Source: Bugula neritina (lineage: Eukaryota > Animalia > Bryozoa). From it: a stretch of 64,000 bases of DNA. The notes under the pieces are model-generated. The model saw only the letters and a program-made list of their open reading frames with translations, was not told the origin of the DNA and did no database searches. Location of the stretch: positions 18,506,259 through 18,570,258 of the forward strand of contig OZ037767.1 of the NCBI GenBank assembly GCA_964035545.1. The letters run 5' to 3'. Position numbers and translations under genes: made by a program. Positions 25,301 through 40,000 of this stretch are shown here, one piece after another; position 1 is the stretch's first letter; every line of letters begins with the position of its first letter.

Positions 25301-28300
25301 ACCTACGTATATTATAGCGGATGCACATTTATATCTTACAAAAGATCCTGCTTTGAGCACTCCAAGTTGTAATTCAGACATTTCACACTACTATTTTATA
25401 CCCAATAGTATCTTAATTAGTTTCAAATCAAAGTGTCTAACCCTTTTAGATCGCAGCCCACAGCTATGACATTTTATAATGAAAACACTGTAAATTGCTT
25501 TACATATCAAGGGTATAAAACATTGTGTGTTCACAAATTACAATGCAAAGCCAATACAATTCAATAATGTAATTAGTACCAGTTTTTAGCTTGAAAGCAA
25601 AAGACAAATTCCTAAAGAAAATCTTATAATTGAATAAACCCAAAGTATGAATCGAAAAGGATAAGCCAAAATAAAATTCAAATCTAAGGAAAAACAGTTA
25701 CAAAAATATTTTTAGTAAAATTTTTCAACAAACCATAGCTGTCTGCACATCGATAGGCTTGGCAGATGAAATCACTTCCTTGACTGCAAGAAATTGTGAG
25801 GGGCGCTTGCTAATTGTTTCCTCTTGAGTTACAGTTTCAGTTGTAGAAGCTGAGGCTTCATCACCAGAAAGTGGTGGCTGCCCGTCATTTGATCTCTCCA
25901 ACTCGGCTGCAACGGGAGAACTAAAAATAGAGGAAATATTATAAAGAATTCAATTCAACTTATTGCTAGCTTACAATCACATGTTTTTCAATTCACTTGA
26001 AATAAAATACATAGCATAAATAAAATGACAGTTACAAATACCAAAGATGTTAATCCCGACGGCGAACTAATACATAAACCCCTGTTTAGTTTGTAAAAAC
26101 TGAACATTGCATTCAAATAATTTCATTGCAGGCCTTTGCTAAGTGGTAAAATTAAACCATCGTGAGTGAAGAGACACTCATAGCCTAGTGCTACACAATT
26201 GACACATTAACATTAATCTTTGACACATTGGCACTGATGTAAGGTGCCCTTTGACAGAGCACATTGAAATCAGTGTCATAATAATCTATAACTGAGCAGC
26301 TCTATGATGCTATAGACACACTTAAGCCTCATTATTATAAGCAGAAAGGCAACATAATAGAGAATAAAGTAGCAAAAGATAAGATGCTTCAGTTTGCTCT
26401 ACATAATTTGATTTTAGAAACCCACAGAAAGCTAAAAGGTGATCGCGTATCCTCAAGTAATTGCAAAATGGTCACAGTTTAAAGAAGTACTTTTCCAGAG
26501 CAAAAATTAATCTAAAACAACAATTGACCACAAAAAGCAGATATTTCAATTAAAAAATGCACAGACGTGTGCCTCATGGTCCTTGAATCACACAGGAGCT
26601 TCTCTTGTTTTACCTACCTGATTATTCTTGGGCTATAACTCTCCTCTTCTGCTTCAGTGCCTTCACCAGCAAACGGACTAATAGCTTTAGGCTCCCCAAC
26701 AGTTTCATATTTAGAGTCAGGTACGTGCTCTGTCTCCTCCTCATTGTCAGCCGACTCCAAGATAGACTGAGCTCTTTGCTGCATGAGGCGACGTTGTCTG
26801 AGCAGTTCTATAGATTTCTCTATGTTACTTTTCACTGGAGACTTTCCAGCACCAACAGCTTTCTCGGGAGGCTTAGGTTGAAGTTGATTGGCTGAGTCGC
26901 TCGCTGAGTCAAAGTGTGACTCATTCAATGACTCATCAACTGCTCCTGACTCGTGTGCTTCAATATGACAGCCAATCACAGTCTCTGAAGTAGCCTCAGT
27001 TTCCTCAAAGGAGTTATGCTTCCCTTCCTCTGCAACTGATACAAGGTCCATATGCTAAGTCACTAGATATTGCACGCCAATAAAACTTGACATACACATA
27101 TCCTATACTCAACACTGTACTTTTCTACAAGAGACTAAAGGACAGCAACTACTCCGATAAAAGCAACGTTATTGATAGTATTAATAGTAGTAAAAGTTTT
27201 ATCCCTAGCCACGCATCGTACTAACATACAAGTATGATTATATTAATTATACAGTATTATACTCTCAATAGATTTACCAAGAGGTCCATCACAACTGTCG
27301 GTGACTGGTTTGGTGCAGCTGACCTCCCTGACCGTGTTCTCAGCAGCATCTCCGTACTCTGAGACTATCTGAGATGTCTCGGCAGGAGTTTCTTCGCTTT
27401 CTCCGTCAGCTGGCAGATCTGGAGGTTTCTTCAAATATACACTCCGAGTGACTTCTCCCTGCACAAAAAATTGGCTACGTATATTACATAACACATTGTG
27501 ATCTCAGTTTAGAACTTAAATTTACATGAAGAGTATTTGAGAAATTTGATTAAACATAGGAAGCACTCAAAACGACTTGACTATACCTAGAAATATTTGA
27601 CCAGACTAAGAGAGGCTTTACTATGCTTAAAAGTAATAGGACACGTTTTAGAAACTTCATTATGTCATAAGTAGTTCCCACTGCACTTCTGAAGGCTCAA
27701 CATTATAATAAACTGTGACATGCTTTGAGATTTGTCAATACTTAGAAATACATGAAGGCATTTAAAAGACTTGATAACATTGTCAGCCAGTACTTAAAGT
27801 ACTTGAGGAAGTAAAAGTACACTCACTGAGCTCTGTCTATGAGAATACTTCTTCTGTTTCCCACTTCTACCAGATTTCATTCGAGTTGGAGGGGAGGGAC
27901 TTCCTTCTATTGGCATAGTCCGGTTGATGATGTCATCCAAACCTCGTCCAATCATTTGCTCTGTTTCAAGGTCATCTTCTATTACTAAGCCACCATTAGC
28001 TGGTTTCCCTGATTTTAATATAGTAATGATTATCAAATACAGAAAATTGAATATTCTTAAATGTGAACACCAAAAGATATTTTAAACTAAATATAGACCA
28101 GAAGGCTACATCAGCTTACCCTAACACTGGCAAATTCAGTAACATTAAACTAGTAGACTACCATTATTTCTAACATATAAACTAATTGATTTTCAAATTA
28201 AAGTTTCCAGTTTTCAAAGTTCAAAATTCATAAGAATTTATTGAGACTTAATAATTATACCAATAAAGCAAATAATTAAGTGCCTGCAAATGTTAATAAC

Positions 28301-29723
28301 AATTTCTATTAAACTTTATAAAATATAATTAATAATGAAAAGGTAAAAATTAGCAAAAATACATTTGTTAGTAGTAAAAATAGCCACAGAAAATATCTAT
28401 AGTATGTGATGACTTCTAGTAACTGATAGCATACTGCATGCAATTCATGCAAATGTGACAAATCAGTGTATGTGAAAAATAAACTTAAATAGAATGTCAG
28501 AGCCAAAATCTCATTCAAACTATGAATCAGCCGGAAAATGGTGGCTAAGTATGAGAATGTTACCTATGGGAGAGCCATTTCGAAGTTCAAGAGTGATTTT
28601 ACTATGTTTGGGACGAGCAGAGTGAGTGTGGACTTGAGGACGAGATTGTGTCAGCAGAGCCTCATTCTGATAATACTCGCTCTCTCCCACTGCGAGATAC
28701 TTTGCTATTATCTCCAGCATAGTTCGCAGAGGGGAACCTTCTTCCTAATGCAAACATATTCTAGTACTATGACGCAGAAGAGCTTAGCTGAATACATGAT
28801 GAAAGCTTTTTATTAAGTAAGAAGATTATTGCAACAGTAATACCAGTTTTTCTCAAAGAAAAATTTTTATGGCTTGGCCATTTAACATCAAACCTTTATT
28901 AATAAAAAAAAGTTATGCAGGTAAAAGAGTTCTGAACATACTCATGTCCCATACCTTATTTTGCTTTAGTAGTTTTTCAATGTGTAAATATTTGGCTAGT
29001 TCTGTCCGATTAGTTATGCTATCATCATCTTTTGGAAACTCAACATCCAGGGTTTGATAAGTAGAGGTTAATCCCTGGCAAAACAGTTATTTAAATTAGA
29101 TAGTAACAAAAGGTAAATTTCTTATTCATTATCTGATAACATATTGCTATGCAAATATTACATAGTGCAAATATAATTATCAACGAAGTAGGCAAACAAG
29201 TAACAGCAGCAAACTTGAAGTGTAAGCAGAATAATCAACCAAAACATTTAAACATAATATGTTATTTTAAATTAAGTAACTGTCTACATATGTTTTATGT
29301 TACACTTTCATAATACATCAAGGGTTAGAATAATCGGCTAACTCACAGTTTTAATTCATTATGTTTAAACTCAAATGAAAACATTACTATTGCCAAGATG
29401 ATTACTATGGCCACCATCATCAATACTTCCACCACTATTATTAAAGCATAAGCGCATCATTGCAAAACTCAGTCTGAAATTGCCAGCATTTAAAATCCAA
29501 AATATTTTTATCTTAAGTTTAGGCCTTTGTTAAGTGTCTTTTGCACTTAAATATTTAAAATCAAAAGTTAGCAATTGGTTGTAGCATTAAAATTGCCAAA
29601 AAATCCAACAGCATACAAGAACTTATTATTATGTTTATTTGCTTTATGTTTCATACTTACTTTTCTTTTGAGAAACTCTCGAACAAGTGCAATAGACAAG
29701 CTCTCTATGAAACTCAAAGCCAT
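19360..29723 (-). CDS. MINDY4: MINDY-4 (FAM188B) ubiquitin carboxyl-terminal hydrolase, ~14 exons
   Basis: N-terminus MALSFIESLSIALVREFLKRK/GL..SITNRTELAKYLHIEKL; catalytic-region YGLIQHKPGPCGVL (within exon ~24490-24702), ELVNLLLSGKAASNVFND, IGTFLKTPKFPLWL..EDHYS, FYYDPL, PPLELCLRTKW..IDWNG; stop at 19360-19362. Confidence 0.92.
20385..20795. repeat. ~33-bp intronic minisatellite (AAAGTGACATTATATGCTATGTGCTATATATAT)
   Basis: Visible tandem units. Confidence 0.9.
21592..22680. repeat. ~21/26-bp minisatellite (CACAGTATATACAATACTATA) interrupted by a MITE
   Basis: Units at 21592-21878 resume at 22601-22680. Confidence 0.85.
21879..22600. mobile_element. 722-bp non-autonomous DNA transposon (MITE), TA target duplication, probably Tc1/mariner-pogo type
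   Basis: Ends TA|GGGGTAACGGGGGCACAACGG and CCGTTGTGCCCC..CCGGTGCCCC|TA; internal repeats of GGCCCATTGTGCCCCG; no transposase ORF. Confidence 0.75.
23026..23448. repeat. 22-bp minisatellite (GTAAACACTGCTGCCAAGGTAT), ~19 copies
   Basis: Directly visible. Confidence 0.95.
24235..24480. repeat. Degenerate TGACTCAC-rich repeat next to a MINDY4 splice donor
   Basis: Many ACTCA/TGACT motifs in tandem. Confidence 0.6.
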
Positions 29724-30599
29724 TCTTGGAATAAATGAGGAAGTATAAATATAAAATGGCAACTCTTGACTTCCCAATGCTTCTTAGCTTTTGAACTCGC
29801 AACCAGTCAAAACAAAGTCACTCTACAGAACAGTAAAACTAAGCGGTTCTACCTCTAGCAGTGAGTCTCTACTTATGCTGATATAACTGTTAAACCTAAT
29901 AAAATAAATAATTATAAATGGCTTATTTTATCAATATTTCAGCAATAACTTTAGTGACATTCCCAATACAAATCCATAAAAGAAAATTACAATTATTATT
30001 ACCATGTATAACTATATTCAAATATTGCCTTTTGCATATGCTATTACTTATAAAGTTCAAACTAAAGCACAAAATAGAGGCAAGCTGGCTTCGCCAACCA
30101 AATTGATCTTTTCATTAGGATTACTATATTTTTTAAATTATCAAGTTTAACCAGACTACCACTACCAGAAACAAACTGAAAGTAAGACTAACATAAAGTA
30201 AAAAAGTATTTATGATAGTTGCGCTTACACTTACTCTTAGTGAGCCTTATTTGCAACAATATAGATATAAATTAAATAGCATCCCTAATACTATAATTAT
30301 AATGTATTGTATAAAATTAAAAATATCAAATTTCAATTCAATACTATTTGGATTACAAGTGCAACTATCACTATCAGTATCACATTCACTGTATGACTAT
30401 GAGTTCTAAACAGTTTAATATTATTCTAATGCAAAAATCACAGCAAAATAATAGCTAACTTATGTTGTTTTTATTACATTTACTAATAATAAACTAATAT
30501 TTTAATTTCAATTAAATTTTAATAAATTATAATTAATTTATTCAATTAGACTTAAACTTAAAGTTAAAGTTTAATTTCAAGTCTTAGTTTATTCATCGA

Positions 30600-31080
30600 A
30601 TTTAAAGACAACATACAGAAATTTTACGGTAGCCCAACCATCTTTTTCAAAATTACTAGTAATTTCGTACTAAAGTCAAACAATCTCTCAGATATTCACA
30701 TTGTTCTAGTAAGTCTGTGTCTTGGGATTGCCATGATTAGCATTATCATTATGATTACGACGGCATCTGCCAAGTTCAAATCAAGCAACTTAGCAACGGA
30801 AACAAAATTAATCGAGCTGTATAAACTTGAATCGCTAGGGTAACCTGTTTTCTTCGAGCTTTTCGCCGAAGAATTCTGACACCTTTGTGTATGTTTCGAG
30901 CAGACCAAGACGCACTGCACTCACTTGTACAAGCTTATCATTATTCTGTATGCTGCCGCGATGGGGTCAGGCAGGTCATCAAGAAACGTAATTGTAGCAC
31001 AATCATTAGAATTGGCTCAGCATCCTTAGAAGTAAAATAATAATTATGCGCGTAAGTCAAATTATTCGCCCACTTGCAAT
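30600..31080. promoter_or_regulatory. Probable shared promoter/5'UTR region between divergent MINDY4 and GT31 genes
   Basis: Locally CpG-richer island flanked by very AT-rich DNA, between head-to-head genes; GTAAGT donor near 31052. Inference. Confidence 0.35.
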
Positions 31081-33202
31081 TAAACATACTATAAGTATAT
31101 CGATATTATATCAAAAGAATATAAATATACAGTAAATGTAAAATTTAAATATGCCCAAGTTAGTGTTAGTAAAATTAATTTTAATTCTTTCTTAAAAGTT
31201 AATTCAGAAGAATATTTTATTATTAAATTCATTTTGAATGAATGAATTTTAAAATCAATATGAATATGATTCCCATAAATCATAGATATAAATAAAAAAT
31301 TAAATATTAGAGCAATAAGTATTAAATTTAAAGTTGATGAAATTGAATATATTATCAAATAAGATTAAGAATATTCTTTATTTTCATTATGATTATCATT
31401 ATGAATAACAGATTGTGACTTTCATCATTTATTATAATTGTTATATAATTTATATTGATGTTACTTTCAATAATATTAAGTATTTATACAGTATTACTAT
31501 TACTACTAGTAATCAGTAATCATGCTGATACTGATACTATAGTGATAGTAATACTTATACCTCAAGTAATACTTGTAGCATTTAATATAAATAATCAGTA
31601 ACTTATAGACTATATAAATCATAAATGGTGTTAGTGTTACTGTTACTATTACAGTAATACTATTAGTTATATTCATAAATAATGATATTTGATTTCATAA
31701 TTATATTATTATTATTATTATTATTATATTAGTATTTTCTTCAATTTAAATCAGAATTAGTCTACTTGAACTGTTATTTCTCAATCATTACTAAAACCAA
31801 TAGTAATACTAATAGTTATATGAATATAAATTACATTTACCGAGATAGTAAATAGATTTCATATTCATGTAGCGATGTAATTATAAGGATTTTAAAAATA
31901 TTATATTCATATTGAATTTCTAATTTCGAGCTTTAATAATGAATCCCAGACGTCGTATAAAGTTCATAATCATTAAGCATCAAAATTAAGGTGGTGCTGA
32001 CAAGTGATGGTGATAATGGTTGAATTTGGTAATCAGGGATGATACAACATCCAAATCATTATGAAATATTTAAATTGTATGAAGATTTTAGTTATTGTTG
32101 AGCTGAAAATGTGTTACTTTATTTTTCAACATGCACAATTGGAATAAAATAAGTATTATTCATCAAGTTGGAGAATATAAATAATGAACATGCTCTCTTT
32201 CGTATCATAATTTTATGTCTGTCCTACTGCCACACTCACCTAAACTGAAATTTCTGCTTAAATCTTCTTCATGTTGATACACAGAAAATTTCAAGTTAAG
32301 TTATATGCAAAAATTTCTGCGATATTTTTTTGGGATTGAACATGGGCACATCAACAAATTATTATAATGGTGTGATTGTTTGCATTGGAGTATCTATGAT
32401 TATGAGTTATCAAATGTTGGCAAAAAGGGCTTTTCTAATGCTAATGATTGCTGTAGTAGTCACAATCGCTAGTCGTAACTTTATTCATTGCATCCATATG
32501 AAATTTTGTTTCTGATTAATCTTCTAAACTGATATCTGCAGGCTGTGATGAATAGTGATGAATAGAATAGAAACAATTGTAGGGTGCATGCACTTGCAAT
32601 AACTTTAAATGCCAATCTGGCATACTTTATTTCTGCTTAGTTATAAACGTTTCAGTTGCTTTGTATTTCTATGACGGCCAGATTTGTTGAGAATTTAAAA
32701 AATGTTTTCAAAACAAGTATTTTAGTTAAATGTCTATATCTTCAAGACTGCAGAGTTTAGCAGATGAAAAAATAAAACTAGAATTGAAGTTTAAGCAACT
32801 ATTAAAATATAGTTTTTAATTTTATTCATTTTTGCATGTTAACCATTTGTTAAAATGTTGAAAAGTTTTTCTATATATATAGTAATATATTTTAGCTACC
32901 TATGAATAATCTTGTTATATTCAAGTTGCAATATTAGGTCCCACAGTTGCAATCTTTCATTCATGTAATCCATTTGTTTCTGTGCTGATATACAATTTTA
33001 TAACCATAATCATTTCAATGGTTTGTTTTTCATTTAGCAAACTCTATCTTATAGCCATCTTATGAAACATTAAATAGTCTCATCATTGTTTATAGAGACC
33101 TGCAAAGTTACAGTGATTGTCACCTGCCATTGAAGAATCTCAAGCTCTGGGCTATCACTATATGATTATGCCATATTCTTCAACAATGTGCTACGGAGGC
33201 TA

Positions 33203-35760
33203 ATGGGTACCATGAACTTCAAAATGGTAATTGACTTCTATAAGTTGACAGCCGTGATGTAAGATTAAAGTTTGTTGCTTCTACGTTATTTGTATGCACC
33301 TAATTGGCAGAATTTTAAGTACGATTACATAAGACGGTTTAAAAATTAGTTAAATGTATCAAATAGTGTTTACCAACTATAGAATCTGCAGCAAAAGTAA
33401 ATAATTATATTTAAGACACACTTTTTTCATTTTTATCAAACCTTATAAATCTATTATGAAAGTTGAATTTTTATTCAAAATAATGCTATGGATCTGTAGC
33501 ACTCATTTTAAGCACGAAGCTTAGCACCAATATTAAATTTGTTACAGTGACTATACCTACTCAATTTTGTTTATAAAAGTATTAAACAATTCTTAAGCTG
33601 TAAAGAAACAAAATTAAGATTCTGAAACATCAGTTTTTGGTTTGGGTACGTTACACCAGTAGAGCATATTTATGAATTTTGAAGTCTGTTATTGTTCCTG
33701 TCTCAATTTCAGCATAGTGACCAGCTTATTATCAATGAGTTTAGATTACAGAAATACTACCTGATTCAACAGCATTTGTATGGCAAATTAGTTCTGCCTA
33801 TAGAAATCTTTTAAAGTTAATGTATCGCAATGTTTAGTTTAAGTCTTTAAGATGTGTGTTAATTTCTTCATTTAAATATTAACCTAATTTATATATCACA
33901 AAATCAGTTATTCTTGTAATAATTTCACTATTTTGTTCAGATGAAATTTATTAAACGAACTGCCAAAAGTAACTAGGTATTTATTCTTGTGAGTTAAACT
34001 AGTACATGCTTTTACCTAGAAGATTCAGAGATTCTGTGGGGGGTTACTGTTGATGGCACTCGCTGCATATTTGCTCCTGTTCATGGAAAACTCACCAACT
34101 TATGAAATTTGGAAAAGTCATTATTCAGAAGGTATTTTTGCATATTTTTCTCGTATAAAAATGTCTCGTATTGTAAAGTATAATTATATGTGTGTGTATC
34201 AAACCACATGCAGGGTATGCTGGCAAAAAAAGCTATAATAGTGTTATTTTTGTGCATATATGAACATTGTTTAAAAAAATTATGACTGTTTTGCTTTTAT
34301 ACAAATTATCCATTTTTACTTAAAATATTTGAAGCTGTTTTAATATGCAGGTAACAAATAGACCAAAGCTGTAGTTGGAGTGTTTGCTTTGTTGTCTCTA
34401 TTGGCCATGCTTCAGTTTCTATTTCCTTTATTATGTTTACAAACTGCTTTGAGTTTACTTATTTCAAACTGATTAAGCTCATCGCTGCAGCTTGTAGATT
34501 ATTTCAATGTGTAAATTGTTATACTGAGTGTGTTCAAATTGTCAGTATTGAGTTAAATACTAAATATTTTATGCTGCGTTAAGATTTTACTACTTTCTTG
34601 CTCTTTAAATCTCTATCTGAGCTGAACTTTTAGAGCTCTCTACGGTAGATATCCAAAGAAAGCAGGTTTCACCTGATCAATACTCTGAAAAGAATAAAAT
34701 AAGGAGCCTGAATTCCGGATTGGAGCTGTCGCCTTTGTTGGTGGCTAAGCAACAGGGTGAATCTCCTAGTAATCAATCTGATGAATCGCTTGATTTTCTT
34801 CATGCTAGTAAAGACAGGCCAATAGTTGAATATGAAAATGTGACGACCAGGTTTCTTATTGCGTCAAGGAGATTTGCTTCTATAAAATGGGAGTTATTCC
34901 CCTCTATAACATATCCGGGACTCGACATTCACAGACGGTCTTGGCAGTTTCCTATTACAATGCCTAAATGTGCACCTGCTGCTCGCAATTTTGTCATATT
35001 AATTCCTTCATCACCAAAAAACTTTGTAAGCCGTCGAGCTGTTAGAAGAACTTGGGGCAGTCCTCTGGAGATGAAACGATTAAGTTCTCGAATAGTGTTT
35101 TTTGTTGGGTTGACTAATGACACTGAACTTCAGACGAGAATCATAGCTGAATCTCAAAGACTAAATGATATTGTGCAAATGGATGTGGTCGACTCGTACT
35201 ATAATCTGACTCTGAAAACAATAGGAATGTTTATCTGGGCATCAAACTATTGTAAAACAGTGAAATATGTTGCGAAAATAGATGATGATAACATGGTGAA
35301 CTTGCCCAATATACTCAATTCTCTTGAAGTGTATAGCCACAAACACACTTCCTTTATCTCTGGGAGTCTGCGAGTTGGCACAGTACCTAAAGGAAAATCA
35401 AGATGGGCAGATCCAGTCTTCAAACCAGTGTATAAAGAATCAGTTTATCCATTATTTTTTGGTGGTCCCGCATATTTTCTTACTAACAATTTTATAGAAC
35501 GACTTGTGAAAGAGTGCATTAATCTTCCTCTCATTCACTTGGAGGATGTTTTTGTTAATGGGATATGCGCACGTCAATTAAACGATGTACATAAACTGCC
35601 TCTAGCTGGCATGCATATGTTTCCTAAAAATCCTTGTCTTTTCTTGACTCCGAAACAAACTTTAATGCACAAACTTTCTCCTAGACTCCTAGTGTCATCT
35701 TGGGCCAAGTGGCACAATAACAACACTTGCAACACAACTTATACTGGAAAGACTTTGTGA
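33203..35760 (+). CDS. GT31-family beta-1,3-galactosyltransferase-like type II membrane protein, ~420 aa
   Basis: Exons 33203-33226 (start exon tentative), 34020-34131 (TM anchor), 34634-35760; motifs RRAVRRTWG, DSYYNLTLKT, KIDDD, YPLFFGGPAY, EDVFVNG. Confidence 0.9.
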
Positions 35761-36952
35761 CCTATATAATTTTACATTTGATTCTGAAAATGCTGACTTT
35801 TTCCAGAAAAAAATGTGCTTTTGCAAAGGTAGTGTCATTTTTGTTGTAGAAGTTGTCTAACTTATTGTTATTTTATTGTTCACAAAACCGTGTTGAAGTC
35901 TTTATATTCCTTGACTGGTCTTTGTAGGTTTTTAAATTTCAACTAGCGCTTGCTGTAGACAATCAATTAATAGTTTAAATATAAATTTAAATTTGATTTT
36001 ATTAAGTGAATTTTGGATGAACGAAGGTTTTCAACAAAAAATATTGTGTCTACATCTATTTTACTAGTCCCGTGGTAATGTTCAATATATTTATTGTATT
36101 ACAATAAAGCTGCTCAAAAATATTGGTCAGATGGTAATATTTTTATTTAGTAATTTTACAAATGATATGATACTTATAAAAGCTAATTTTCAACAATCCT
36201 TTTAGAAAACTATTTTGATGTGCTTCTTGTTAGATATTTATAGATATTGCAAAACCATTTTGTCATGAATATTGAAACACCAAGTCATTATAGCAATCTA
36301 CATATTTCTAAACTTTTACGGCTGCCTATTTCATGCCCACTTAGTGTGTATTAACTTTGTTTAGACAAGAGATATAATGCAAACGTATTTGGCCAAAAGC
36401 AGCTCTGGTTTAGGGTTTGAAAAATATTAAAAACGGAGAGGATACAGCTGTTTCATCTCTCTTCCAGAAATTTCTCACATCACAGCAACCTAAGTATGAT
36501 TGAAGACATTGACTCAACAGTCTTCTATTGACTGACATTTCTGCTCTACATTCTTGAGTTGTTATCCAGTGTTCAGCTATAGCTCTTAGTTACTCACTAT
36601 TCATTATTGATAATATTTCCATCATTAGTGGAAGTAATCAAGCATACATAATAGATACCATGGACTATAATATGCAGTTAGCTAGAATGAGCTAGATTTA
36701 TTCCAAAGTGCATTTATATGAATAATTATATCTTCGTTATTATGTGAATGAAAGTATTTGCCAATGCCTTAGTTTAATCTGTCTGATCCATTAATAACAA
36801 GTTTCTATATAGGTGACTTGAAGCCAGTATCTCTTTACCTCACTTCACTTTAGTAGTAGTTATATCATATTATATTATATTATAGATTCAAAATTGCCTT
36901 CAGCATAAGTTCTGCAAACTGTATCAGTCATCTAACGCTTTTTCTGGTTGAC

Positions 36953-37095
36953 GTTTTGTTTGTTTGTTTGTTTGTTTGTTTGTTTTATTTTGTCACAGAC
37001 AGAAAAAACACATACAGTTGAGGAAAATAAACAAAATGACAAGGCCCATGGTGCAATAGCACTGCAGCTAGTCGAGGCACCGAGTCGTGAATGGT
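36953..37095 (-). mobile_element. Probable 3' end of a LINE/SINE with (AAAC)n tail
   Basis: On the minus strand a short GC-richer stem-loop-like segment is followed by AATAAA and (AAAC)n. Confidence 0.4.
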
Positions 37096-40000
37096 TGACA
37101 GTCAGCGTATTATTTTCTGTTGTATAAGATTTTTATAGTGTTTGACTTGTAGAAGAGTATATTTCTCACCAATAATGAAATACGTACGCTGAGAATATTC
37201 CTATTTCACCCTTCATCAACTAGGAACCACTTAGATTAAGAGCAAGTAGTAATTCGAGGCAGTAAAAGTCTATATTAACATAAGCAAAATGGAAGCAGTG
37301 GACTATGACTCCAGCACCTGTATTTAATTTCTAAATGTAGGTTTTAAGATAGGCAGTCGAATTTTTGAAAGAAATATTTTTTTTAAGAATTTAACCTGTA
37401 ATAAGAGCATGGCATTAACTCTGTGACAGGTTTGGAAGAAATAAACAGTGAAAGAGTAAAGGAACAGTTTTGAAAGCTGTCAACAGTTTGCTAGTAAACA
37501 CAATCTAAGTTCACTCTTGCTGCATGCTTGTTGTAGACAGTATTTGTACACTAAATATAATTGATTTTTATATTGTGACTGTATATAATTAAATTACTGC
37601 AAAGTCAATGTAGATTTGTGAGCTTCTTGGCATATGAAGATAAGTGCAGCTATGGAGAATTCGAGACAAGCCTGTGTTCTAGATTAGAAATACAGTACAA
37701 TAATTTAGGGCATATATCTACCCACTAAACCAAAATTTGTGATGAAAACTAAAGAACTTAGGCAATCTAAATTTTCCAATACTGCACTTGACTGAGCCTA
37801 TAATGACATGGTGATTCCATGCAACATCTAAAACTGGTGAAGGAATCAACACTTCACTGCTATAAGTGTGCATATACAGGCATAACTCATGTCACTAGTG
37901 CACTGGACATGAGAGCAATATTGATATATTATGTAGCTGCTTAAAAGGCAGGCCTCTATTCACTAGTATTCCATAAAGGACTGCTGCTAGAGTATGTATA
38001 AACAATCAAGGCTGTGTGTGCATTGAAGACTTGAGTTTTAATTATATTATATGCAAGCTTTATCCTTTACCATATATACACAGAAGCTTTTAAGATAATA
38101 TATAATTATGATATGAAAAGGAATTAAGTTTCTTCTGCTTTAGAGACACTGTGACAACTGACAATGGATTGCATATATATTGAGAGTCTTCTCACAGTTT
38201 AGAATATTGAATATTTTCTATAATAATAATTATATGCATTTACATGCATAATTATCTGGACGATTTGAATCAGATCCAACTTGCCCCACTATGTTCATTA
38301 CAATCAGGTAGACCAATTTTCGCATTCAAGCTCATCATAATTTCTCAATTAAATTTTTTTTGCCATCAAGATATATAGGCCTACAATATACAAACATATA
38401 TTCAGTCTTTGAACACATGAAAATTTAGATTAACAATTTGTGTAATATATAATTCAAATATTCAAAAAAATGTTTTCAAAGTGGTGCACAATTACATATA
38501 GAAAACAAACAGGCGAGCAAATTAGGAAAGCTCAGCAGCAATCAAGGCAATGAAGATAATACAATAAAGGTATGATGCTGCTACTACAATAAGCATAAAT
38601 AATTTGATAATGTTGGGAGCCCTCAAGCAGCCCTTTAAGAAAGTTGGTTATATTTTTTGATGAGAGGATCCCACCCATATATCTGCAACTTGTTCTATGG
38701 TGAACTATTGAGCATAATAACTTTTAAGTTAAGATAGCTTGACTACCAGTATATTGCTGCTAAAAGAGATGAAACACCAACCAAACTAATTGGCTAGTTA
38801 AACAATTTATATGATATGATAAATGACACTGGTTCAACTTGCCTCTTACTGTTGCGCCAAAACTATTGCAGGCGGAAAATTGGCTTTATCTCAGTAAATA
38901 AAAATTTATGTATTTCACTTCAATGGACAAAAACAGCAGCATATGAGTGATCTGCATAATATGGTGCTGGTTTCTAGATTGACAAAAAATTTCTTCAATA
39001 AAACATATGTTCAAAAGTAAGACTTTTGGGTAAACTGGCCCAACCCTCCCTTATAGTGTTCTACAACAATAATATACTATATGGCATAAATTCTGAAATA
39101 TAAAAAAAGTTACTCTAGTAAATCTTCTTTCAATAAAATGTTGAACATAGGCGCTGTCTAAATTTTTGTCAGATTAATGCATATAAAAGTATAATGAATA
39201 CTGGAAGACAACTCTCTGGCAATTATTTTGTAATCAGATGGCATTTCAAGTATGGGTAAGTGCAGTAGCTCTAAATTCAAGAATACAGGCAGCACTAAAT
39301 GTTAAAGTAAAATGCACTCTAAATTTAAATGAAGCAAACAATTATACTAGGTACGTAAAAATATCACAATAATATTATGTGATGAGCAAAAATAGATATA
39401 TTTAGGAGCATTTAAATGCAGGATATTGTAAACCCTATTAGAGTTGTTTACCCTTTTCTAAAGCGCGGGTCCTGCTTCTGAGCAATTGATTTGATTGCTC
39501 AACCGCTGTACGCACTTATTTCATTTTAGTTAATTTGTTTCCGGTTTCCATTGTGGATTTTCCAACCTAAAGTTTACTTGAAGTTGAATTCAGCATGTTC
39601 TTTGTTGATAAACTATAACTACAAGTACAAGTCGATAACACTAACAGCAACACTAACTGTAAGTGTGACAGTTGCCTGTTTATGATCTAATCATAATTAA
39701 TAAATTTTTCAATGTCCATGTTGTCAATCACAGCGTGAATCTGAATGTCATTTCCATTGGGCTTGGCAATGACAATAATTTAATAAATATAATAATATTA
39801 TTAATAATACTCACAATACCATCATCATCATCATCATCATGATCTTCTTAATCTGATCATGACTAATTTTAATTTAATTTTACGATTAATATTATTATTA
39901 TGATTATGGTTAACTCTAATAAATTATTATAATTATTATTAATAATCTTCATATTGATATTAATATTATAATTTATTAATTATTATTAATTTATTATGTT

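Noticed and set aside
39470-39505. Small hairpin TGAGCAAT..ATTGCTCA as an ncRNA
   Set aside because: Only an 8-bp stem with no recognisable RNA family features.
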